This document shows positions 53,140-64,000 of a stretch of 64,000 bases of DNA, piece by piece. Both the position numbers and the translations under genes were made by a program. Source of the stretch: Eledone cirrhosa (lineage: Eukaryota). The notes beneath the pieces are model-generated. The model saw only the letters and a list, made by a program, of their open reading frames with translations, did no database searches and had not been told where the DNA came from. Each line of letters starts with the position of its first letter. Position 1 is the first letter of the stretch. The stretch is taken from the NCBI GenBank assembly GCA_964016885.1, contig OZ024741.1, positions 139,004,001-139,068,000 on the forward strand, in the 5' to 3' direction.

Positions 53140-53340
53140 CAAAACCACGCATGTGACCCTTGGAAGTTCCCCCTAATGGTGAATTTAGTTTGTTTGTATT
53201 TGTTTTTAGATCTCATTATATGGACATTTTAAACGCTAAAACCCACACTTTTTCCGCCCTGTTCTGTCTGTACCATTCTTAATGTTTTTCTTCATGTAAT
53301 CCCTGCGTGACTAATAAATAAATTATTATTACTGTTATTA
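53140..53340 (+). mobile_element. Tx1-like 3'UTR fragment
   Basis: Resembles 36740-36907 (gaagt.cccc.ta.tgg.gaattt..ctgt..cttaatgt..tgtaa.ccct..taataaa), then (TTA)n. Confidence 0.6.
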
Positions 53341-53346
53341 TCATTA

Positions 53347-55050
53347 GGGCGGTGGATTGGCTGTATCGGTAGAGATTCGGATACCATGCTTTGCAGCATA
53401 GAGTTACGGCCCTTTACGGTCTGAGTTTAAATCCAACCGAGGTTAACTTTGCCTTTCATCCTTACGGGGTCGATAAAATAAAGCACCAGTAACGTACTGA
53501 GGTCGATATAATCGACATTCCCTCCCCCCAAATTGCTGGTCTGGTGCCTATACTAGAAATCAGTATTAGGGCGGTGGATTGGCTGCATCCGTAGAGCGTC
53601 GGATACCATGCTCACTAGTATATAGTTACGGCCCTTTACGTTCATAATTCAAATCCCACCGAGCTTAGCTTTGCCATTCTTCCTTTTGGGGTCGATAAAG
53701 TAAAGCAGCAGTAATGCAGGCCTTGTGCTTAAATCAGAAATCTTCGTTATTTGGCAGTATCGGCAGCAAAGAGTTACGGCCCTTTATGGTCTGAGTTCAA
53801 ATCCCGCCGGGGTTAACTTTGCCTTTCATCCTTACGGGGTCGATAAAATAAAGTACCAGTAATACACTGGCATAATTGCTGGCCTTGTGCCAAAATTTGA
53901 AACAATTATTATTATTTATATTGCTGTTGCTTCTTATTGTTTTTATTCTGATTATGTGTTGGTTTCTAAAAGATATTCGCATAGTTAACATTTTCTCCAC
54001 TTATATACTTTCGTATTAGTATTTCCCATGTGCTGGGTTTGGTAGATCTGCCTTAGTCTACGATCAACTACATTATTCTTTATGATTTACATTCTTAATC
54101 GGTATCATTTTAATGGTTTTACTTATGTTGTCTCTAAATTTGTCGTTTTTCTTTGTTCGGTATTTGTATTTTACACTATTATATAACATGCCACTAAAAT
54201 ATAGTAAATGTATAACTAATAAAAACTGTTTTAAATATGTATGACATTAAATTAGTGGCTTTTTCATAATGGACAATTAGCTGTAAATTATTGTTATTTT
54301 CTGTCTGGATATTAAGCGAAGGCTGTGGGAGTCTCATTTTTTTCTCTTTAATAATAACTATAAAATATATGTACAGTAAACTACCCAGATGAACAATGTT
54401 TCTACTACACATTTTCTCTTGATTTAACTGTGGGACATTATCGAAAACAGCACCATTATTATTATTTTTAAATGAGTTCAAATCCCACCGAGGTTAGCAT
54501 TGCCGTTCATCATTACGGAGTTGATAAAATAAAGCACCAGTAATTATTGGGGTTGCTTTAATCGACTTTGCACACACACTTCAAATGGCTGGCCTTGTGC
54601 CTAAAGTAAAAACAATTATTATTATTATTAATAGGTAGGGCGTCGGCCACTATGCTTTACGGCATAGAGTTACGGCTTTTTGCAATCTATATTATTATTA
54701 TTAAATGTGTTCAAATCCCGCCGAGTTTAGCTTTTCCTTTCAAAACCTTAGGGGGACGATAGAATACAGCACCAGTAAGTACTGGTGTTGATTTAATTGA
54801 CTTCGCCTCCCATTCAAATTGCTGGCCTTGTGCCTAAAGGAGAAATTATTATTATTATTAAGGCCTGTGGATTGGCAGTATAGGGAGGGCGTCGGACATC
54901 ATCCTTTTCAGCACAGAGTTATGGCCTTTTATGTTATGGGTTCATAGGTTAGCTTTACCCTTCATCTTTTCGTGGTTGATAAAAGAAGCACCAGTACTGC
55001 ACTGGGATAATTGCTGGTCTTGAGCCAAAATTAGAAACAATTATTATTAT
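53347..55050 (+). mobile_element. Head-to-tail cluster of about 6 SINE family 1 copies
   Basis: Copies start near 53347, 53568, 53750, 54472, 54632 and 54860, all on +, mostly joined through TTA-rich tails. Confidence 0.85.
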
Positions 55051-55299
55051 TGTTATAATTAGTTTTGAATCTTTCGTTTTCATCACGCATCAACTAGTCC
55101 AAATAGTTATGTCCCTGGAAATATACAGAGTAGATGATGTTGATTTGAGAACAGCACACCCTCTATTATATGTGATGTGCCTAGAGTGTTTTTGTTGATT
55201 TTTTTTTTTTTTTAAGTTTTCTGGGATGGTAATTGCTGGCATTTTGTTGGTAAATGTGTTCACTCCTTCTTTCCCTATTGATATTGTTTTGCAGTGGGA

Positions 55300-55565
55300 T
55301 GCACAACATCAAATCGGTTCTCAGCTCAAGAGTGCTTAAACTGTATGGTCATATCAAAAGGTCAACTCGTGGTGTGAGTAGGTTATGCCTAGAAGGAAGG
55401 TTGGCAGCTAAGATAAGCAGAGGTCGGCAGCCAAAACGATGGTTTGATAATATCAACTTATGGACTGGATTAAACCTTTACTCTTTAAAATCTGCTGTTG
55501 GTGTTCGAACTTTGTGGAGAAAAAATAAGTCATATTTATGCGCAGACTGCAACTGGCGGTGTTAG
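55300..55565 (+). mobile_element. RTE-clade LINE 3' fragment
   Basis: LKLYGHIKR..LEGRL..RGRQPKRWFDNI..W..LWR is the typical RTE C-terminus. Confidence 0.75.
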
Positions 55566-56089
55566 CGTCTGGAAGGCTTATTTCTCTGAACATGTCCCGC
55601 ATTTTGGATATTTCAATGTCACGGTATTTATATTTCCCATTTGTTCTGTCTGCTTTTAACCCGTTTAGGTATGAGCCACGAAGAGAATTTTCTTGCCATT
55701 CTTTCAGAATGTTATTATGTTACGCACTTTTTTGAGGTTAGTTTTATATCTTCAAATCTTATATCGTTCTTTATTTTTAACTTATAGTGTTTTATCATTT
55801 TCATTACCTATTGTTGATGTACCATATTTGATGCTACTTAGCTATGTTCACTATATTGACATAGTTTATATATTACTTAAAAGACGTAGCCTGCTGTTTA
55901 CTCAAACTATATTAATTCAATAACTAAATATGAAGACATACATATTTAATACCCAAAATATCGCAATATCATCAAAAACCAACGACATTATATACTAATT
56001 ATTTAGCAGTATCTAATAAAAACAAAACGCACTATGAGATGGAATACAAAAAATAAGACAGAAAGAAAAGGAAAAGAAAGAAAAAAGGG

Positions 56090-57400
56090 GATCAAGCAAC
56101 TGCAGAAAGGGAGAAGGTGGCAGACACTTCACCCAAGTCCGAGCGATGTCTCAGCCACGCCTAGCAGACGAAATGGTAAAGGCATTACCGCGGAGAATGG
56201 CCAGAAATACGCACTGCAATAACCACCAATATAACTCACGTGGCACCTGCCTGCAGTGGCCCACCATCTTTCTGACTTCACGGAGGAAATCAGCAGTGCA
56301 GGCACCAAGGATGCCAGAGGTCTCGATAGAGACAGGTGCAAAGATGACGCAGTCGGTCAGAACCCGCTATTTGACTATCTTCATCTCCTCTTCATTACCA
56401 GCAACAATGTTGAAAGCGGAGAACGTGTTGCTGCTGGTCAAGTCCCTAATTAGGGATGCGTCCCTCTGAAACAGGAAGGGGGAATCCGCCGTGGTACTTG
56501 CTATCCCCTAGGTCAATGCTACCTGGCACCAATTGTGACTAGAAACTGCTTTGAGGCTCCTTCTAATGAGGTTGTTGACAGCGGCATGACGTGGAAGCCG
56601 GCCTGAACTAAAGTGACACGATAACGGGTGTGGATCGAACTCCTCGACCACTGCTGCAGAACGGCATATGTGGGGCTCACATACGCCGAGGCTGAGGCGC
56701 TGTGCCACTCCAATGTGGGTGCACATCTCATCAAGAAAGTTACTGTGTGATGAGGAAAACACTGAATTGAGCCAAGCTGAACTGTTTGGATGCGATGCGA
56801 GGCGAGGTCGTGTTGGTTCGAAAAGGATTCGATCCGCCTGAAGATGGACTTGCACTTGACGTCGTCCCAAGTACGTTGGCCATCGACACACTAATGGACG
56901 GTAAGCATTTCTTCCGTCCAATCAGCCCGGTTCTCGGGCCATGTCCGCTTCTGTTGTTTTCCGAAGTATCTAGAAGGCTGCAAGGTGCACCACGTAGCGT
57001 GAAGAGGAAGTTTGGGATGCGAAAATTCAGACAGCATAGCTTGAGTAGCGATCTCACATCGACTCTTAACTCCCACTCCGATATTAACAGGGTTGAATAT
57101 GTCAGTCAGGTTGTAAAAGACTGACCTAAAGGGTAATGTGGCCACAAGTCGATGAAAGAGGCTGCCCACTGCAATGGGAGGTATACCACTAACATTCTTC
57201 TTCGACACCATTAAGTTGATGGAGAAGAAAAAATCACTGGCATGACGGGGAGGTCGGCATGAAGAAATCTGTTGGTGAGAGATATAATTGATCGGAGCAG
57301 CCGAAAACATCTCCAGAACAGGGTTGAGTGGTGGCTAGATTCGGCTACAGCCAGAGCTGGGTTTAGAGAGAAAGCGGGACTAAAGGACGTGCTGATATAT
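56090..57400 (-). mobile_element. Degenerate CRE-like non-LTR retrotransposon
   Basis: GIPPIAVGSLFHRLVA (RT), PHICR..HPLSC..RHAAVNNLIRRSL (zinc finger/RHxxxN). Confidence 0.72.
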
Positions 57401-57796
57401 CCGCGATGGGGTAAAGATGGATAGAGAGTGAGTGTGAGCGTAGAGGATCAATGGTGAAGAAAAAAAATGTAACAGTTGAGATATTTATCTAATGGGAAAT
57501 AAAAACAGTGTAGCTGGCTAACTGTATACAGCAAGTATATGATAGCAGTATACAACAATGCGGCCAGTATATAATTAGTATTTGTTCATAACAATTCATT
57601 GCTTTCGAAGTGTAACGCTACAGTTCAATATCGAAATAACGTTTCTTGAAAATGTTAGAAATATATTCATTTATTTTTTTTCCTTAAAATCTTCTGAATT
57701 ACCGTGCACCCTGTGTTGAAATAAAGGCTTAGTTTTTTAAATTAATTTGAAATCATGGCTCATTTAGTCCACCGCCCTCTCTCTCTATATATATAT

Positions 57797-57830
<34 letters not shown>

Positions 57831-60800
57831 TATATATATATATATATATAAATGCACACATATACATATGCATACATGCGCACACACACATGTATACACA
57901 CACATATACATACATATAAACATATAGTTATCGTAATAATTTCACATTTCCGGGGTAATCGCTAAAACGTATTTATGATACACAGGGACACTATAAGAAA
58001 ATAAACTGACCAACTTGATAGGGTCATACCACGGGTGGAAATATAGTTATGTACCGGTCAAATCAAACACTGTTGCCACAAGATATTTCGTTTAAATACT
58101 TTGTTGGGTCTTTGATTTTTTTCAATAAAGAACTGAATAAGTCTTGCCGTTTGGTTTGGTTGCATTTCCTCATCTGATAGATTTTTTTTGTTAGTTTACT
58201 GTGATATTTATATGTAATGTTTCGCTTTATGATTTTTGGTTATTTTTTGTTTTCCCATTTCTTGCATGCTTAACCACTCATTTCCATTTTAGCGCCGTTA
58301 TTGTATTCAGTACATGTCTTGTAGAGGACTCATAGATACTTAACAATTTCCATACACTTGCCTCTACCAGCGGCTTTTATGTTTTCTTTGGTGAAAGAGG
58401 AAATGATAAAAAGCAATGTAGTAAGTGTATTTACCAGATATTATAGTGGTAATAATTGTAAATAAACATCCATTCTCTTAGCTTAAGCTTCGATTTCGGT
58501 TTTATTTTGTGTAAATATTTCAATTATTTGGTCTCATTTGTGTGTGTATGTGACGGGGAGGGGGAGGAACAACATGTGATTATGTGTGTTGCTTCTGATT
58601 CTAGCAGAGCTAAAAGAAAAGCACGTCTACACAGTCTGACAACGAGGAAAGCATTAGTTTTTGTCTTTTGAACTTTGTATGAATTTTTATTACTCTTCGT
58701 TTCGAGGGTTTTTTGTACTCTTAACGTGAATATTTTAAAACAAATTTCTACTTGAATAGGTATGTGGTCTTCCTGTATTTTTTGTAAATATAATGTCAGA
58801 ATGTTGGCGTTTGTTTGTAAATAATGACATTATCTTTCTTCTGTTTATAACTGTCTAGCCTCGCTAAGACATTTAACGTCAGATGAAAATATTATAACTA
58901 TAACTTATAATTTTAACGGCTAGAATATGACTTATTTACTTTCATTCTGCTAAGCATCAACCTGTTGCGTTACAAATATTCCTTTATAAAGTGAAAGAAC
59001 CTGACAAAGTTGTGAGTTTTATACTTGCCGTTAGTCAGATCAATAAAACTCACAACTTTCTAATATTCACAATATTCTAGCCTGAAAAACCTATGGTCAT
59101 CGGCAAGAGCCATGTTTCAGGGGGGTACGAGGGGATATATATGTTTTTCCAAACATATATGTTTTATTTTTTGTTTATTTGATATAATAAATTCTTTTTA
59201 AGCTTATTTTTTTTATATCTGAACTTCATTTTCGGGCAACTGGACGTGTATTTGCCATTGAATAATCCTCAAAGTTGCTGCTTGAAAAAATATTTCTGCA
59301 TTACGGTATCGAAGATAGTGGACTTACCACCGTGGACACGGAAGTCTTTATCGTCATCTCAATCTAATCTTACCGGTTCAAGATACTGTGGAAATATACC
59401 TGCATCCTAGCTGTAATTAAAGATCTCCTTGAATGTGGAATACAGTGGCAGGCGAATGGTACTAATGTGGTATAACAGTGAGTGAACATCAAAAGCGTCT
59501 ACATTTCTCCCTGAAAGGAATTTAAAATCTATTTTCAGATTTATTAATTACCCTGGCTTTGTAAACCTCTGTGTTCCACGCACATTGTTATAGATTTATC
59601 ATAACAATAATTGCTTTCTAAGTTCAAGTTTGTGTTGTCACGTTTCTTCTAAACGTTATTATCATATCAATTTCTATTGCAAATCAGTGTCCTCCATATA
59701 GCAGTGTTTCAATTATTTCTCATCTACATTGTTTACATTGTTGCCAGACATGCAGAAGGCTGGTTAAAGCATAACATTATAAACACAAAAATAAAAAATG
59801 ATTGAATGCCTTTAAGAATGGCCGTCAGTTGTTGATAATAATTACACATGTATTCACGTATCTGATTCCACAAATAAACAGGATGAATATAAGTTAAGCA
59901 TCGTGTCGGCCTTCCTATGTTAATGTTATTGCTTTATGTCTTACATCTGAGGGATGTGTCATTTATTATAGCCTCGTGTACACATATGTCTTGATGGTGA
60001 CATTTTGTAGACGAATACTATTTGGTAGGTCATCAAATATACTGTCTGTTATTGAAACCCTTTTTTACTTCGTCACATCTCTTCTAAACATAATTCCTAT
60101 AGAAATTTCTGTAAATCTGTGTACATTCTGTAGCAGTATTTCTAATTATTCCACATCTACAAAGTATAAATTGATGTAACAATGAATCTCGTCGAAGATT
60201 ACGTTATGGTGCCTATGATTATTTCAGCGATTTGCATCTTAAATTTAGTAGCGCGTACTTGCTGTCATCAAAGAACTGAAGTACTTATTTGCGACACTTC
60301 TATATATCACATAATTTGAGCTCAATATACCCAATTTATGTTCAATGTATATTAATTATGTAGTAACCGTCAAACACAGTGATTTAAATGTTCTAGATGA
60401 AAGGCCATAATTGAACATAAATTGAACAAGAACTCATTTTTATATCTCTATACACATATGTATGCATAGTTTCTAATTTTGATAGACTAGCATATTTATA
60501 TGTTTGGAGTTTTGTATTCATATGTGATTTGGTACATGTATTTATATATTATGAAATATGCGATGTTATCTAAACGCTTAGTATTACCTTTTCAGGTAGT
60601 TTACTTTGACTGGCATTGTACGGTTTTCATAAGATGATTTGTTTGATGATTCGAAATGTCAGCCATAAAACAGCTAAATCTATCGGGTAGAGTTAAAGTA
60701 TCTCAGAATACACTATGCCGATTCTGATTGAAAGCTTTGAGGTCAAGAAACCCATAGGAGACGTTTGGTAATTGTCAGATTTCTGATTTGTGAAATACGA

Positions 60801-61336
60801 CTTGACAGACATCCGACTAAAACGTTCAAATATGTCAAGTGCGCAAGTGATAAACCGATATATGCTTCTTTTTACTTTATCGTTGATTTTTCATATTTAT
60901 ATTGCGGGTGTTAAAAATTAAGATGACAAACAAAGAATAATGTTATTATTAGTGTGAATATATATATATATATATATATATAAATAGTCTTTCCTAGCAG
61001 GAAAATCGGACGTTAAAACGATGATGTTAGAAGGATCATGATGATGGCGATGGTGGTGATGACGATAATGGGGGTGATAACGGAGGTGATGACTTTTTAC
61101 AATTCTGCATTTTCTGATGTCAAGTAAACTTATACCATTTGAAAAAAAAAATATTTGTAATACTTAAACGATCACATAAACACATAAAACCATTTCCCAT
61201 TCGAATTCAGTTTTTAGATTAAAGCCATGTCGGTTCACTACCCTTGTTTTAGTAAATAATTTTATTTAATATTTAGTATATTTTCATCTATATCTGTTTT
61301 CTCGAATTACAATAATACAGATCCAAATGACAGACA

Positions 61337-61465
<129 letters not shown>

Positions 61466-61669
61466 TTAATTGTACTATTTATGGTTATGAAAATACAAAA
61501 GACTTTAGCAGTTATATGTATTTTTCATACAAACCCTAAATAGTGGTAGGCAGTAATGTATTACTAGCTTATTACCAGTAAGTTAAGTAGCTCAATGTAA
61601 AAACATCAGATGATTTACAGAGCAGTTATATGAAATATAAGAATCAAAGAACTGTTCAAAACATTATTG

Positions 61670-61716
61670 TGCTTACAGCTGTTTCCTCCAAACCGAGGTT
61701 TGGATTCTTCGGAGCA
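61670..61716 (-). ncRNA. Hammerhead motif, C4 core variant (CCGAAGA)
   Basis: UGCU-CCGAAGA-A-UCCAAACC(uc)GGUUUGGA-G-GAAA-CAGCUG-UA-AGCA. Confidence 0.65.
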
Positions 61717-63203
61717 ATTTATTAATGCATGGACAGTTATATGACCTCCTTTTCAGCCAAGAGACATACCGATACATATGCAAATATTGTGGGTCAACAT
61801 TCATTACAGCATTTAGAGTGGCAGTACACACTTCGAGATTACATTCATAATAAAAGGTACAATCACAAATCAAAAATACAGGTTAAAATGCAACATGAAG
61901 ATAAGCGGTTATATAGTGCAAATGTTATATGTGTGGCAAGCACGTGCGTCTTGTTTATATAGTGTGGCAGAGAGTTACGTGTAGTAGGAGCACTTAGGTA
62001 GGTAAAGAAGAGTGTTAGGCTGGTTGATCTGGTGGGAAATTCGTTATATGATTGTTATAGTCTGTGTGTGGAGAAAAGATATAAGCATTAAAAATAGTGC
62101 AAGCATTAAAAGTATTAAACGTATTGGAGATGCACAGCGAAGGGATGACAAGGACCTCATGTACTTCGACATTTTCATGGTCAGGGGAGTGTATTCTTCG
62201 ATTATATGCCCCTCACATAATCCACGGCAATTCTATATTGAGCGTTTGACAATCCAGTTAGAGAATCGTAGTCCGATGTTCTTTAGTTCAATACAGGAGG
62301 CTGTTACGTTTCGCGAAACGACATTGAATACTACCCGAAAGTGTGTGTGTGGCTAAGGGGAGTTAATGCATGAGGGGAGGTAACTCCGGGTTTTCTATAC
62401 CTAGCTATTGAAATGTCTCAATATAGACCCTAATTTCTATGGTTATGCGCAACTTCCAAAAAATTCCTAAAGCATAAAGTGTTTTAACTATAGAGTAGTT
62501 TATTAAGTTGTGCTGAAGGTGTTCGTATTCTTATGGTGAATTAACCCCCATCCTAGGGTGCCACAAATGAATATTATAGACGATGAGCGAGGATTCTAAA
62601 TTAATGATCCCTGTGGTTGTACCCTACTCATAGGACCAGGCGCGGTGATTGCAGAATCACTTCAAGACACAATGAACTCTGGTAAGTTCTGGGTCATCGC
62701 TTGCTACATTGGATGTCGAAAGGTAATCATCATCAGGGCCGGCCAGAGGTCAATCCGCAGTCCTCATGACCTCACTCTGACCATAAAATCATCCATATAT
62801 GTACAACCCGCACGGCGGTTGCAATACATTCATTCTCTGCACTCAGCGTACTGGTCCTACTGCTCAACAGCGTTACTAGATTAAATCGTTTTTCATCTGT
62901 CTAAGGAAGGCACTTCCTCCGCACAACACCACCAAACTAATCAATTCATGCTTAAATTACCTATAGAGCGGTGTAGTGCAGTTCAAGTGGGTGGATGTTG
63001 TCACATTATAACCGCTTATCTTCATGTCGCATTTTAACCTGTATTTTTGATTTTTGATTGTACCTTTTATTATGAATGTAATCTCGAAGTGTGTACTGCC
63101 ACTCTAAATGCTGTAATGAATGTTGACCCACAATATTTGCATATGTATCGGTATGTCTCTTGGCTGAAAAGGAGGTCATATAACTGTCCATTAATTAATA
63201 AAT

Positions 63204-63250
63204 TGCTCCGAAGAATACAAACCTCGGTTTGGAGGAAACAGCTGTAAGCA
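63204..63250 (+). ncRNA. Hammerhead motif, C4 variant, second arm
   Basis: Mirror of 61670-61716 with one stem II mismatch. Confidence 0.6.
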
Positions 63251-63305
63251 CAATAATGTTTTGAACAGTTCTTTGATTCTTATATTTCATATATATATAT
63301 ATATG

Positions 63306-63434
<129 letters not shown>

Positions 63435-63435
63435 T

Positions 63436-63494
<59 letters not shown>

Positions 63495-63501
63495 ATATAC
63501 A

Positions 63502-63554
<53 letters not shown>

Positions 63555-63560
<6 letters not shown>

Positions 63561-63849
63561 GTGAGGTTTTTTTTACAAAATGAAAAATAACCGAGGTGTC
63601 CTACACGAGTGGAAGTATAAAGAAAAAGGGATGAAATCGAAAATGCAACTGAAGTCTTATTTTTAAAAAAAATATATATATTTATTTGGTTCCTTTACCG
63701 GTTTCGTAGTTCTTCTGCTTTTCAAAAGGTGAGTTGAGATGGAGGGTCTGTGGTTTTTCTCACATCGAAAACGGTAAAGGAACCTAATAAATATATATAT
63801 TTTTTAAAAAAATAAGACTTCAGTTGCATTTTCGATTTCATCCCTTTTT

Positions 63850-63856
<7 letters not shown>
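63555..63856 (-). mobile_element. Solo PLE pLTR with an inverted partial copy (same family as 43602-45190)
   Basis: 63555-63766 is the reverse complement of ~44977-45190; 63767-63856 is a forward copy of ~45038-45125. U3-A8 hammerhead at 63692-63729 (minus). Confidence 0.85.
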
Positions 63857-63879
<23 letters not shown>

Positions 63880-63886
<7 letters not shown>

Positions 63887-64000
63887 TGTATATATATAGT
63901 GTATTTTGCAATACACTGTATGCTTAATTAAAAGCATTTCGAACACCTTACGCTACTGTTTTAGAGTAGTGACAGTCTCACTTACTTTAAATGTTCAGCA
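63880..64000 (-). mobile_element. Copy of the 14940-15062 repeat family
   Basis: Reverse complement of gctgaa..agtaagtgagactgtcactactcta..ttcgaaatgc..gcatacagtgtattgcaaaatac. Confidence 0.75.

Noticed and set aside
59240-60350. Possible decayed DNA transposase on the minus strand (VIFDEIH)
   Set aside because: One short motif among many stops; no TIRs identified.

Overview
Eukaryotic, AT-rich, microsatellite-dense intergenic or intronic DNA. The repeat families suggest a cephalopod (Octopus-like) genome, which is an inference. No host protein-coding gene can be supported, and most of the supplied ORFs are microsatellite or antisense artefacts. The window is mostly transposable elements: three Tx1/L1-clade LINE copies plus a 3'UTR fragment, three R4/Dong-type RLE LINE fragments, two CRE-like remnants, one RTE fragment, a full-length Buster-type hAT with TIRs and TSD, a non-autonomous Helitron and many tRNA-derived SINEs. 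The most notable signal is a dense set of Penelope-like (PLE) termini sitting in (TA)n tracts. They carry about 10 type I hammerhead ribozyme motifs, including U3-A8 and C4 core variants, and they are repeatedly arranged as fold-back palindromes, up to a 588-bp-arm palindrome with a hammerhead in each arm. Also notable: a nested (TTA)n-targeted stack of retroelements, an in-frame Tx1-RT/GIY-YIG junction, and a splice-donor motif conserved at the Tx1 ORF1/ORF2 boundary.
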